From Amoeboaphelidium protococcarum X5 (lineage: Eukaryota > Fungi > Aphelidiomycota), in the NCBI GenBank assembly GCA_023515725.1, contig JALDTO010000235.1, positions 480,371 through 544,370 on the forward strand: a stretch of 64,000 nt of DNA, in the 5' to 3' direction. A program made the position numbers and the translations under genes. Below the pieces are notes generated by a model, which saw nothing but the letters and a program-made list of their open reading frames with translations, was not told the origin of the DNA and did not search any database. Below are positions 1 to 13,233 of this stretch, piece by piece. Within the stretch, counting starts at the first letter, position 1. The number at the start of each line of letters is the position of its first letter.

Positions 1-342
1 CAGACAAGCATCAACGAACGCGGTCAAGCAAAGGGGAATCTCTGATCGCAATCTTCCCGTAAAGATATCACCAAAATGCAACTACTACAATGTAGTTAAT
101 CATAAAAACACTTATTGATTCGCTTATAGTAGATGCTACAAAAATACCTTTAAATTATCAAGTTCCTTCATGGCCAACGACAACTCTTTGCAAGCATCGA
201 CACCGAACGAGTTTCCAGATAGCTTCAAAGCAGTGATAGACTACTTTCGTTCTCTAATGCTGTCGACATGCTGCTTTACACTTTCAGCGGAATCATACTT
301 TTTACTCTACGGCTCTATAACGTACAAACTATCTAACGCCAT
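1..342 (-). CDS. RNA1: Ran GTPase-activating protein (LRR), 5' part; runs off window
   Basis: TAR=Q translation: MALDSLYVIEPQSKKYDSAESV...LKLSGNSFGVDAC, intron 85-147, then QLHFGDIFTGRLRSEIP, the RanGAP hallmark DIFTGRL. Confidence 0.9.
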
Positions 343-885
343 ATTTCCTCTCAATCAATCTAAATGTTTATTCAAGTTCAGTCACACTTGTAATTTCGCC
401 ACCCACAATGTAAAAGAAAAGAAAAGTCGAGTGAGCACTAACTTACTTACAGTACCGTACGGGAATACTTTGCCTGAAGAAAGAAGATTGCCTCAAAACC
501 GACAACGCGAGCCTCTCTCTCTATCTCTTCGATTTCTGCCAGCACAAGAGAGATGGTAACACAGAAAGGTTGAGAGCGCGTGTTAAGTCACTGCGAAGAG
601 GAATCGCGTCGAAATCTTTCCTTGGCCGCAGCCACTTTGACACAAACTCTCTCTGCTCACTCTGCTTTGTGTGTTTAATTACTTTCTTTCTTTCTTTCAC
701 TCGTTCGGGAGAGAGTTCTAAAGACGGAGATTTAATTGAAGTGTTTTGATATTATAAAGCTTGACACACGGCGACTCTCTTTGAACGCTTAGCATCGGTT
801 ATCTCATTGGTCATCTAATTCTACAGAACTGTCGTACCTGAATTTAATTGGAAATTGAGTTTATATACATATATAAAGTACCGAG

Positions 886-2177
886 ATGGGACAGCTATTA
901 TCTTCACCCAAGACTGAGAAAGATTCCTCGATGCAAACCACTGATAAGATGGTTGTTGGAATGTCATCCATGTAGGGATGGAGAATATGTAAGATTATGT
1001 ACTATTAATTGATTGAATTTACCATTTATTTACTATCTAAAGAATGAATGTACGTGTAGCTATGGAAGATGCTCATACTATTGCACCAAAGCTGCACAAT
1101 CCTAAATCTGGGACAGACGATCTTGCCTTCTTTGCCGTATTCGATGGTCATGGTGGGCATATAGTCGCGCAGTATGCCGGTGAGAATATTGTCAAGACTC
1201 TGCAGGCCACGGAAGAGTTCAAGCAGGGTGAGTATGAGACTGCTCTTATTGAGACTTATTTAAGGATGGATCGATAGTTGTTGAGTCTGCCCGAGTTCAA
1301 AGGTGTGCAGTGTGGATGTACCGCTGTCTCCTGTCTTGTCACCCAGTCTTAAATCTTCTGTGCCAATGCCGGTGACTCTAGATGTATACTCAGTGTGGAT
1401 GGACAGGCTTATGCAATGTCTGTCGATCATAAGCCTTACTTGCCGGAGGAGACCAAGCGTATTAAAGATGCTGGTGGATTTGTTGATTTCAACAGGGTCA
1501 ATGGTAATTTAGCCCTATCTCGTGCCATTGGTGACTTTGAGTTTAAGAACAATCAAGGTCTGCCGCCAGAGAAGCAGATTGTCACCGTCTTCCCGGAGGT
1601 GACCAAGTATGAGTTGAACGAATCTGTGGACTATATGGTGATTGCTTGTGATGGTATCTGGGACTGTATGCAAAACTTTGAGGTGATTGAGTTTATTAAC
1701 CAGCGTATTGCTGAGGGTGCAGATGTCAAGGCTACTTGCGAAAAATTGCTGGATCATTGTCTAAGTCCAGCTGCTTTCGCTGGCGCATTTGGCACAGATA
1801 ATATGTCCGTGATCATTGTCGGCTTTCTGCATGGTAAGACTGTTGAAGAGTGGGTGCAGAAGATTACGAGAAATCACCAACAATCCAAGTCTACCCCCAA
1901 TACTCTTGTGGCTGTAAACTCTCCTTTATCACCATCATCCTCCGATTCTTAAAGGGCTGAACATGATAGTGATGGTTCTTCCGGAGATGAGAAAGAGCCG
2001 GTACAGTTATCTGCTAATCATAAGACGGATAATGGCAGCACTGACAGCGGTTATATCGGTGATGGTGGTAATGTGGATACCTCGTCCGGTAGTAGTGGTG
2101 GCGATTAGATGGACATTGAAGAGAAATCATCATCTAATAACACTGCCGCAGATGGTGATCGAGTATCAAAGTCGTGA
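886..2177 (+). CDS. Protein phosphatase 2C (Ptc2/Ptc3 type) with acidic Gly/Ser tail
   Basis: MGQLLSSP, SM(TAG=Q)GWRI/SMEDAH across intron 989-1059, VFDGHGG, NAGDSR, RVNGNLALSRAIGD, ACDGIWD, DNMS; ends TGA 2175-2177. Confidence 0.95.
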
Positions 2178-2242
2178 GTTCTTGATAGTGCCGGTATCAC
2201 AAATATACAAATATTTATGTATAAAATTTATCTTTATTATTT

Positions 2243-3118
2243 TTAATCTCTATTAAAATGATAGTCACCTGCTTCGATCTGGACAGCCTTCATTCTCTCA
2301 GTCAACACTCTTACAATCTCTATACGCTTCTGGGCATCATCCAATTTAACTTCACTCTTTATAGAATCAACAACACTCATGTCCACTTGATCTCCAATGG
2401 TAAGCGATACCTTTTTGAAAAGTTTCGGCATCATATGACCGTCCGGAAGCACCTGGTCCATGCCCATGACATACATCGGTAAAATGGTGAGAGGTACCTA
2501 AGTTTCCATAATAAGTCGTGCTATACCCCATCTGAAAGGCAGGAGACCGGTAGATTACGGCGCATCTCTACGCGGAAGATCGACGTAATTAACTTTACCC
2601 TCGGGGAATACATGCAACCAGCCATTATGATTAAGTAGATCTATACCGTGATTAATCGACGGCTGGTAGATACCATCGCCAAGTCCATTTCGAATAGTGG
2701 GCAATCCCTATGTATGCGTAAACACCCAGTTAAAGAGAGGATTAGTGAAGCAGATGTCATCCGCAATCAGAGTCCATCTAAGACGCCCATGCCGCCAATG
2801 AATCAGGTGAGCACCCTTCAACACACCAAAGAGCAGCGGATCATCCAGCGTAGTCTAATGGTTGCAATACGTAATCAGGGCACCATGAGGGTGATCATTC
2901 AATCTCTTCTCCACCTGCTCGAACAACTTTTCGCCACCGTATAGTTTGAAATTGCACAGATATTTCAGAAACAAATTACTCAACCCACCCACAGTGAAAG
3001 TGATCATATTACTGGCAAAATCATATCTATTCAGCAATGACTGTGGACTCTCCTTTCGCGTAAACTTTGGATCGATCCTCACACGTTCCCAACCCAGTTT
3101 AGAAACTTTAATCGGCAT
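2243..3118 (-). CDS. TAZ1: Tafazzin-family phospholipid acyltransferase (3' end uncertain)
   Basis: YCNH(Q)TTLDDP HxxxxD motif, RWTLIADDICF, WLHVFPEGKV, PFRWGIARL; homology ends near 2243 but first in-frame TGA is at 2018-2020. Confidence 0.85.
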
Positions 3119-3525
3119 AATCTTTTTATCTCTAAAAGACGAGTATGATATATACAATATAAGCTATATAGCGCGGATATCCAAGGCAAATGATGACAAC
3201 ACAATCACTGCGATAGAGCGATTATGGCTACAACAACGATAAAATCAGATTTGCGAGATCGACGATAAGATGTCACTGAACTTAACGAACGATTTAGCGC
3301 GATGAAGCTGAGGGAGTTCACCTTTAACGTTCTGTCTTGTGACGAAAGAAGCGACCTGCCGACCTGTCGCTTTTCTGGTCGCATGTTCTTGAACGCGGTT
3401 TGAAACTAAAATCGTCTCGTCTTTTCGCGTTTAGTAAGTCACTGAGGTTCTTTCTATTCCCTTACCCAGTGCTTTATCATTCCAGCTCTATTTATATATA
3501 CGTTGTTTGTAGTTCAGAGTGGAGT

Positions 3526-5878
3526 ATGTAGATTAATTCTGCCAGTTAGACTGGTAAGTATACTACCTTTAAATTTTTAGAGTTCAATTCCAACTTAAAG
3601 TTCATTTATAAACTTCACATGTGTGTAGCTTGGTTGAGGAGCGTGATCTTGGCCTCTATTTGTCTGGTGGCTTTTGCAAGTAGACTGTTCTCAGTTATAC
3701 GTTTTGAATCTGTCATTCACGAGTTTGATCCATGGTTCAACTTCAGGGCTACGAAGCAGTTGGTGGACAATGGATTCTATGAGTTTTGGAATTGGTTTGA
3801 TGAGACTGCTTGGTATCCTCTCGGTCGTGTCGTTGGTGGCACTGTATATCCAGGTACTTTTTATACTGTCTACAATGTTATATTGACTCTTTGCTATTTA
3901 AAAATTATATTATGTAGGTATCATGATCACATCTGCTATTATCCATTGGATTCTGAACACTTTGCACTTCACCGTGGACATTAGAGAGGTTTGTGTGTTC
4001 TTGGCTCCTCTGTTTAGTGGATTTACTGCGGTGGCTACTTATCTGTTAACTTCAGAGGTGAAGGATTCATCTGCCGGACTTATTGCTGCTGCCTTTGTCG
4101 CCATTGCACCAGGTTATATTAGTCGTAGTGTTGCTGGATCGTATGACAATGAAGGTATTGCTATCTTTCTGCTTATGATCACATTTTATTGTTGGTTGAA
4201 AGCTGTCAAGGGTGGAAGTGCGATATGGTCTTCCGCAACTGCTCTATTCTACTTTTGGATGGTTTCTGCATGGGGTGGGTATGTTTTCATTATCAATTTG
4301 ATTCCTCTGCATGCATTTGCTCTCTTGTTAATGGGCAGATATACTAATAATCTGTACGTCTCATATTCAACGTTTTATATTCTGGGTACGTTGTCGTCTA
4401 TGCAGATACCATTTGTCAACTTTATGCCAACCAGGACTTCTGAGCATATGGCTGCGCTTGGTGTATTTGGACTGCTGCAGATTGTTGCCTTTGCAGAGCT
4501 GGTTCGATCTCATGTCGAGTCAAAATAGTTTCAAGTTTTATTGAAGGCTGGAGTTTTCTTACTGTTTGCCATCGGTATGGTGGGCTTAGTCTATGCTACT
4601 TTGACTGGACTGATTGCCCCTTGGACTGGTAGGTTTTACTCGCTGTGGGACACCAGTTATGCTGCCAAATACATTCCTATTATTGCGTCTGTATCTGAAC
4701 ATTAGCCAACACCATGGACGTCGTGGTTCTTTGACTTGTAGTGGTTGATCTTTCTGTTTCCTGCTGGTATCTATTTTTGCTTTTAGGAGCTGAAAGATGA
4801 GCATGTGTTTGTGATACTGTATGCTATTGCTGCGTCATACTTTTCAGGTGTCATGGTGCGTCTTATGTTGACCTTGACTCCGGTGGTGTGTGTTGGTGCA
4901 GCCGTATCCTTGTCAAAGTTTCTTGACACGTATCTTAAATCGGCACCTTAACTTGATGCTGATTCCTCTGCATCTGATAGTGATGTTGTTGGTGCGCGTA
5001 AGTAATCGGCGGTATCTAAAGATGACATTCCTGCTCTTAAAAAGAAGGCGACCGGTGTTTAGAAAGGATACATATGGGCTGCTGATACCAAGATGAGTGC
5101 CGTTTTCCCGATGCTCTTCCTAATGACCATGTTTGTCTTTCACTGTACTTGGGTTACTTCTGCAGCATACTCTTCGCCATCGGTGGTGTTGGCAAGCAGA
5201 AATGCAGATGGCTCTCAGTACATTATTGATGACTTTCGTGAAGCTTATTATTGGTTGAGACAGAACACTAAGCCTGACGCGAAGATTATGTCTTGGTGGG
5301 ACTATGGTTATTAGATTGCGGGTATGGCGGATAGACCAACTCTAGTGGATAATAACACTTGGAATAACACTCACATTGCCACTGTCGGCAAGGCCATGTC
5401 CTCGCCGGAAGAAGTCTCCTATGATATCATGACTAAGCACGATGTTGATTACGTTCTGGTCATCTTTGGAGGTATGTTGGGATACAGTGGTGATGATATC
5501 AACAAGTTTTTGTGGATGGTGCGTATTGCGCAAGGTATTTGGCCTACTGAGGTGATTGAACAGAATTTCTTCACTGCCCGCGGTGAGTATCGTGTTGATG
5601 ACCAGGCCACCCCAACCATGAGAAACAGTCTCATGTACAAAATGTCTTATTACCGCTTTGGTGATATGTATGGCCACCAGAAAGTTGGCAATGATCGTGT
5701 GAGAGGTGCACAGGTGAGAACGGACTCGATCAATTTTGATACTCTTGAAGAAGCTTATAGCACTGAGCATCTGATTGTGAGAGTGTACAAGGTGAAGCCG
5801 CTTGACAATATTGGACGATGCCTGATCCCTGGTGCTGTTAATAATAAGAATGTCAAGACTATGAAGAAGAAATAGTGA
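3526..5878 (+). CDS. STT3: Oligosaccharyltransferase catalytic subunit STT3
   Basis: [23 protein letters not shown](TAG)PT, WWDYGY(TAG)[22 protein letters not shown]; introns 3554-3628 and 3854-3917; ends TAG TGA. Confidence 0.97.
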
Positions 5879-5976
5879 TCTCATTTTAATACAATAACGG
5901 TATTTATAATTAAAGAATATCTTTATGACAACATGAAGCAGTTCAACATGAGATACCAAGTCTACCAATGCTATAA

Positions 5977-7738
5977 TCACTTCTACTTTTACTTCTTCTT
6001 TTATTTAGTATTGCAAGTCTTGAGTATAGATAACTGAGTTTGCAAGAACAATGTATGTTGAAGCCAGTGATGTGGCAACATGTGCTGCAATTTTTGGTTA
6101 AGTGATTGTGCAGCAGTGACCAGCATCTAGAATGCAATATAATACGGATCAGTAAGAGAGGGAGACTTCAAATTACGCTCACGATTCTAATCCATCCATA
6201 CCTTGAAAAACTGAGGTACAAACCCGGAATTGTGAAGACCAACTTTGAAGAAGCACTCATGAACATGATTCAGTTCAGCAGCATCCGCCTTATACTTGTC
6301 AATATGCAGGGTCAAAGCATTGACAATGGACTGCAGCAGTTGCAGATTCTTCACCCGAATATTGGCAAGCACTGAACGACATGCGCGGCGAACTTCCAAG
6401 TGGGAGTCATCCATAGAGAACATTACCGATGCGATCTGCTCCTCGTTCAAAGCCAAAGTCTTCTTCAAGCTATGCCGATCCATTACCTAAATAGCTTCAA
6501 TCCGAACATCTAGTGAACTATCATTAAACATGGCAATAAGGAAATCGATAGATTAATTGGCAAACTCCGGACTCTTCTCCATCAACTGCTCCGTAGCCTT
6601 AATACCTGCTAATCTCACACTTGGCTCTTCGTCCTCATAAGCTTACAAAAAAGACCCGCATGCAAATTCTCTAATAACATTGATTCCACCCATATTACCA
6701 GAACCACCTGGAAAATCCACTGAAAGGTAATTCTTTGAGTTTTAAATCGAAAATTTGGACGCATTAAGGGTACCGGCATGATCTAGAACTTGATCCTTTG
6801 TAAAAAGTACCACAGATTACGCGCCAGGATTATTAACAGCTTTCTTTGAACCAGCATGATAAGAGAACTAAGACCCTTTCGCTTACCTGTCTAGAACACT
6901 CTAAAGATTCAAACGGCCATGCACATGGTCTTTCGCCAATATTAAACAAGCCTACACGTACAGTATTTAGTTACATCATCAAACTTTCTTATTCAACACG
7001 ATAATAAAAATACCTTCTCACGCACTAGAGGGTCATTATCATTCAGTTTATCACAAATGCGAGGAAATACATCTTCCTAGATAGGAAACTTATTATCATT
7101 AACTTGATACAAGAACGACAGTTGGAATACCGCCGTGATACAATCTATGCAATCCAATGCTTAAAGACGAACATCCACAGAGACATCATTAAGCAAGAGG
7201 CAAATGAATTGATAAATCTCAAAGGTGATGATTTAACAGCGTGGGATCAAATCACCCAAAAGTTACAAGGTGCATGCACGAACATTGGCCGAGAAATCAT
7301 CCAGATATGACCCGAGCACTTTCAAGAAATATAAAGTCAACTAAGACTTGGACTCGTCCCCTTCCATCTATTCATCATTCTAACTATCTACCATGTAGAT
7401 GTATATCTTGGTGAGCACAGTCAACACGATACACCTTCCATTGGAATCCATCTTGACACGCGACAATAACGGCAATAGCTGCATAAACTAAGTACTCGAA
7501 ATCTTCAGTTCCTTCTCTCTAGTCTACACAATCACTCACTTTAATTATTAAAGATGCATAGATATATCCTTAAAATCTTAATTAAAAAAAGCTTACATTT
7601 TTAAGCAGATCCAGAGCTTGATTAAATGTCTATATCATTTCTCCGTGTGGCTTTTAAAACTACAATATTTGAACGATAAACTTAGTATGAACGACATGTC
7701 TCAACTGGATGGAATGACAACAAAAAACTTACAGTCAT
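5977..7738 (-). CDS. INTS4: Integrator complex subunit 4-like HEAT-repeat protein (short form)
   Basis: ACGSFLQAYEDEEPSVRLAGI...FANQSIDFLIAMFNDSSLDVRIEAI resembles INTS4 ACGAFVHGLEDE...LDFLVDMFNDE; later TDPYYIA; TGA at 5977-5979; 5' exons approximate. Confidence 0.8.
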
Positions 7739-7880
7739 AGATAATTCATATACAAGTCTTGCATGATTTAATTTCACTTTCTACTCTGCCCATATTTTAT
7801 CAACATCAACAATGCTAATGGTGGCAGACATTCTGTATACTGTAAATGGAAAGCTGTTTAGAAACTCGATTTCAACGGAG

Positions 7881-7895
7881 GAAACGCGCGCGAAA
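7881..7895. promoter_or_regulatory. E2F/SBF/MCB-like CGCG element in the divergent INTS4/mL54 promoter
   Basis: GAAACGCGCGCGAAA; the reverse complement contains TTTCGCGC. Confidence 0.45.
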
Positions 7896-8082
7896 TGGAA
7901 ATTTCCGAGAAACCAAAGTCCCCGATCTGATGTGATTTGAGGAGGGAAAGACACAAAAGGAATAACTGAGAATTGAAGGAGAGACAGGCAGAGAGAGAAA
8001 GAAATCATCAGCAATTTTCTTCATTAAAAAGGACGCGTGTAATTAAGAAATACCACAATTAAAACTCTGATATTTATTAGAA

Positions 8083-8373
8083 ATGCGATTAATTCTGTCA
8101 CGTCTTCGATATTCTACACAGTTAAATGCGTAGTAATAAAATGCTAAAGTGATTGCATAAAAATCAGCCTGCTCTGAAGGCACCGTAATGACTGGATTGA
8201 ATATCTTCGCTGGCCAGCAGGATCCTGTCGCAATGAAAGATGAAGACTATCCAGAATATTTGTGGACTCTTCTGGAGTAGAAACCCATTGAAGAACTGCC
8301 TATTAAAGTACAAATTAAGAAGTTGCGAAAGGCTCATATCAAGGAAGTGAACAGCCAGAGTAGTAAGAAATGA
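8083..8373 (+). CDS. MRPL54: Mitochondrial ribosomal protein mL54 (yeast MrpL37 family)
   Basis: SACSEGTVMTGLNIFAGQQDPVAMKDEDYPEYLWTLL; basic N-terminus; 96 aa; absent from the ORF track. Confidence 0.9.
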
Positions 8374-8688
8374 TCTCTTAAGTTACGATCTAAATAGAAC
8401 GCGTTTTGTATACATTTAGAAACCTTGGCCACGCGTCCCATCTTCTTATCCCCAGTTCTACATACCAAATAATTAAGAGGTGGAATCCAAGCTATTTTTA
8501 TATTTTGTTTATGAATTCATTTTGACTATAAGACTGAAAAGAGTGGGTGGTCTATTTTTAAGACTAGATATTCTGCACTCACCCATGCCCAATCTCTCTT
8601 CTCATTTTTACTCAAGCACTTTCTCAGACTGTTAATAATAAATATCCTGTAAAAGTTAAAAATCATCCATAAATATATATCAGTGAAA

Positions 8689-11600
8689 ATGGAAATGTTA
8701 AAGAGTACTGTGAATGATCGCTTGGTAGAGTAACAATAAGATGGTGACACTGGTAATACCAACGCGCCCAACAACAACAACAATAATAATAGACTCTCTG
8801 TTGTTTGTGCTTCGTGTGATCTCCCGATTCTGTCCAACTTTGTGCGATAATTTGGCGCCGTCTATCACTCGGAATGTTTCTGTTGCAATGTAAGTGTTAT
8901 CATATCGCGCGCGTGTTATCATCATCATCATCAAGTATATGTTAATTGAGTGCAAGTGTAGGATTGCCAGAAAGTTGTCGCTGATCGCTTTTTCAAGTTT
9001 GAGACTGACAGTGGCGCCGTGGTGGCGTTGTGTGAAACGGATTATTACAAGAGAAAGACACTGTCCTGTGGCAAGTGTGGTCTGGCACTACGTAAGTCTT
9101 ATATCAATGCTCTGGGGTAGAAGTTTCATCTCAGCTGCTTCACTTGCTCCATGTGCGATACAGTGTTTGGTCCGAATGACACATATTATGAGCACGATAA
9201 CAAGATCTATTGTCACCTGCACTACTCTTAAAAGTGTGCCGAGCCGTGTGGAGGCTGTCAGATACCTATACTGAACTAGTTTGTGGAGGTGAAAGCTGAT
9301 GATTTTGTCGAGTAGTGGCACCCAGAGTGTTACACTGTTTTCAAGGTAAGTCGTTGTCATGAAGGCTATTTTTATGACCATCATCATCATTGAACGTGTT
9401 ATTGTATCGTTCGCGTGTGTGTAGAGTTGGTAAATTAAAATGGTTGAAAAGGGGTCCGTGAGCATATCCTAGATTCCTCATTAATCGAGTGCGTAGGTGC
9501 TGTAATCTGCATCTGATTTAGAAGATATCAAGTTGAGAGAGAAGCTGATGTTTGAAAAGGTGAATAGAATCTGCACAGTGCTGTCCGCATTTGAAGAATC
9601 AGCTGCGGCATGTATATCTGATATGTTATTACACGTGTCCAATTAATCAATGATTGATGCCGTGTGTGAAGCTGGTAATTTTATCTTACACGTTGATGCG
9701 CTGTTTGCCGGCCTTGATGATCTTAATGCCGAGTTTGGTCTTTTCAAAGATGAGATTGGGCTAAGTTACAACAAAGAGCCAAAAATGCTCAGCAAGAAGA
9801 TTGTTAATTTCTTCTCTCTACTGGCTCATACTCAGGATAGTGGTTTAAAGTAATAGGGAACTGTCACTCAGGAGTTGCTATCGCTGGTTACCAGTTTGGC
9901 TTAGTACTTGAAAATTTTGTTGCGTATTGGAATGAGTGGCGCGTTGAAGCTCGAGAGTCTGTACAATTCCAAGTCTGCTATTGGAGCATTTCTGAACCGT
10001 TTGATGGAAGTGGGTGAGTAACAATTTCAGGATGATGATTACGATACCTCAGTTGGTGGCGGTGCGTTTACTATTAGATTTAATTCTAAATTCAAGTTGG
10101 TTGACACTGATGTTAAGAGCGATTTATGTAAAAGTTGTAAGACTTCTGTTGAAGAGTCGTGTTATCGCCTCGGTGAATCAAGATGGCATAGGAAGTGTAT
10201 GAGCTGTGCTGTGTGTCGCAAAAATTTGGCTGATCTTTTGGACTAGAAAGTGAATGATGATGTGGCATTCTATGACGGTGTTGAGAACAGACTTCTCTGC
10301 TCTGAACATCAGTCATCATAATCAAAGGCGGGATTTGTCAAAGTTACCCAGCTGTAAGAGTATGGCTTTTTATTGCGTGTTGCTCTCAAGCGATTGTATA
10401 GTCTTTTGAAGATTAAAGGTATGGCATTTATATTTGAGATATTCTAAATGATGTTTGTACATTCATACATTCGGTGATGTGTAGATGACTCGAATATGTC
10501 GACTTCTTAGTCTTAGCTGGCTCGAGGAAGTCCAAGATAGGAGCAATTGTAGTCGATGGATTTGATTAATGAGAAGATTGATGAACTTGCGCCATTGAAT
10601 GATGATGAGGTGCCTGAGTTCGTCCCGCGACCAAGATCTATGGTTAGTGAGAAGGCTGTGCGTCGCCTATCACTCTCGCTGCCTGATGATACTGCTGATG
10701 TTATACCTCAGAATTAACGCGATAGTGTTGATGAACAACATGCTCACGGTGACAATAATAACAATATTAATTCCAGTGATCAAGATGGTGGTAATGCTGC
10801 ACCTTTGAATAAGATCAAAGTGGCCGATCATATCATGTCTCAACACAATTTGATTGAAGAGTACAAAGATGGTATGACCATCGACGTGATGCCACCTAAA
10901 GCCAGTGCTGTCGCTATATCATCGGTGAAAAAATATTCTCAAGTTGATATCTCGTCAAAGGCTCTGTCGTCATCATTACCAGAATTGCATCAGGTCGGTC
11001 CTGTACAACGGGCTAAACAGGACTCCAATGCAGCGTATCCTGAACTGAACTCTCAGCATGCCACCACCTCTCATAGCATAGCCAAAGCATAAGGATCTGG
11101 CGATTCTTCTAAAGGCTCATCAACGGGAGTTAAAGACGCTAATGGTGGTCGCCATCTGTCGGAGTTGGATGCCTTGGAATAGATGACTGTTTTCCATTTG
11201 GCAATGTTTAAACTGTAGCCATTTGTCGCTGATCATTATACGCCTAGCGAGCTATTGGACTTGGTGCGCAAGAAGGGTAAAGCTCCGTTCTGGTCTAAAA
11301 TACTAAACACGTTGAAGCCAGTTAAAAAGCCTTCAAAGTCGCGTGAAGGTTCTTTTGGAGTTCCACTGGACGTTGTGGTGGATAAGTACGGCGTTGAGAG
11401 TAAGCATTTGGGCAGCTAGCATTACCGTCCTAGAATACCAATCTTTATGGAGAATGCCATCACTTGTCTGAAGAAACTCGATTTGAACATTGAAGGAATA
11501 TTCAGAAAGAATGGTAATATCAAGAACTTGCACAATCTCTAGGATCAAGTAGATCTAGATCCTAGCTATGATCTCTCAGCAGAAGGACCGATCTAAATTG

Positions 11601-12232
11601 CTGCTCTGATGAAGAAGTTCCTTCGAGAAATGCCTGAACCATTGATTCCATTCAAGTTGTATAAGCTGATGATACTTGCACAGTCTAATCCAAATCCCGA
11701 TTAGAGGCGGACGATGATGCACTATCTGATTTGCACTCTACCAAAAGCTAACCGAGATCTACTCTAGGTGCTATTGTGTTTCCTACGTGATATCGCTCAG
11801 TGCAAGAACAACAAGATGGACTTGTCTAATCTGGCCATTGTGATTACACCCAACATATTCTATTCTAATAGCAAAGTCGCCATTGCTAATGTCACGTAGA
11901 AATCTGGACATGCCGCTATAACAGCCAACTAGAAGGAGAAGGATGAATCTCTTCTCGACATTGAGACAGTGAAGACTCTGATGGCCATACAGGATGGAAT
12001 GTGGACGGTGCCAGAGGAGTTTTCAGAGTTCATCGCGTTGAATGAGATCAATGAAGGCCTCAGTGATCTGCCAGCCAAAGATGTCCTGAAGAAGATTGAG
12101 ATGCTGGTGGGTAATAGGAAAGGTACTACAGTCGTGGGAAGCACCAAGGTGAACTCCAATATAGCTGGTAATTATAGTAACGTTGAACAGGTCTCAATGT
12201 CTCCCGTGTTAAATGCCTAGAAATTGAGTTGA
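8689..12232 (+). CDS. LIM-domain Rho GTPase-activating protein (Lrg1/Rga type)
   Basis: LIM Cys/His arrays (CASC...YHSECFCC; CGKC...FHLSCFTCSMC) and RhoGAP motifs EGIFRKNG, AALMKKFLREMPEPL, NKMDLSNLAIVITPNI; introns 8890-8961, 9346-9424, 10419-10484. Confidence 0.92.
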
Positions 12233-12374
12233 GTAATCCATGATTGTACTGAATTGCTTGTAATTGTACTGTGATACGTTAATCCGCAACAAATGATGAT
12301 GACAATGATAATGGAAGGATTAAAATGATGAACATGATGATGATGATAAGGAATATACATTTTTACACAAAACA

Positions 12375-12974
12375 TCACTGATAACTGTTATAACTTCTAT
12401 CACTGCGACCACTCTGTAATAAAATTTCATTTCGTATGAGGCAAAGATCCTAATCCAGCATTTAATCATTCAACTTTTAAGATGTATTACCAACGTGCTA
12501 GTCACCATCATGATTCAATTTATATATGGCTCCTTCTACAATAATCTACTCTTAAATACCTATCTAGTTATCATATTCCGATTTAAATTCTGCCATTTGT
12601 TGAACATTTTTACGCGTCAACTTTGTAGAGATTTTATCCAAATTCGCCCTTCTGCCTTGGGTAAGGAATTAATCTGCAGCAGCTAATCGATACTAATACT
12701 CTCGCTCAACCAGCTCTATATTAGATCTATATCTTCTCCGCAAGTCTTATTAAATGCACTAAATATAATTATGCCGCGATTAATCAAAGTCTGTCAATAT
12801 CAATTCAACATCAGCTTCCATTCGCTGCATTCTAATCTCGATTATGTGTTCGCGGATCTTGGTGCAGAACACTTCCATCTACTTGAGAGCATCTGACGCC
12901 AGTTATTTATCTCTTTTCTAGCCATGACTCTATAATTCCACTGGTTCGTCAATCAAATTAATATCGACAGTCAT
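12375..12974 (-). CDS. Sds3/BRMS1-like Sin3-HDAC complex subunit
   Basis: 199 aa under TAR=Q; N-terminal coiled coil (DALKQMEVFCTKIREHIIEIRMQRMEADVELI) and C-terminal LNDQMLDQDLCLIR resemble the Sds3 family. Confidence 0.6.
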
Positions 12975-13233
12975 TTCTTTATCGTGATCAGCTGATTTGA
13001 TATTGAGAAGAGAATGCTCGTGATAATCAAAGGGTGAAAATGAAGAAAATGAAAAATTTTAAATTCCGTTGTCGCACTTTCGATCAATTATATTATCGCG
13101 CAGTTTGTAAGAAGTTGGAAAAATTCTTTGCTTAGATCATTAATAGCCTCATTAGCATTTTCAGTGTTATCTCTCATCATTGCGATATATTTCCATTCGA
13201 CATTGACTGACTTGTTTTGGTGCGACCACAAAT

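Noticed and set aside
170-559. 129-aa plus-strand ORF
   Set aside because: Overlaps RanGAP antisense and its promoter; no motifs
5342-5980. 212-aa minus-strand ORF
   Set aside because: Antisense to the conserved STT3 C-terminal domain
12290-12350. ATG/TGA trinucleotide runs between convergent genes
   Set aside because: Simple low-complexity 3' UTR sequence; not an array or CRISPR
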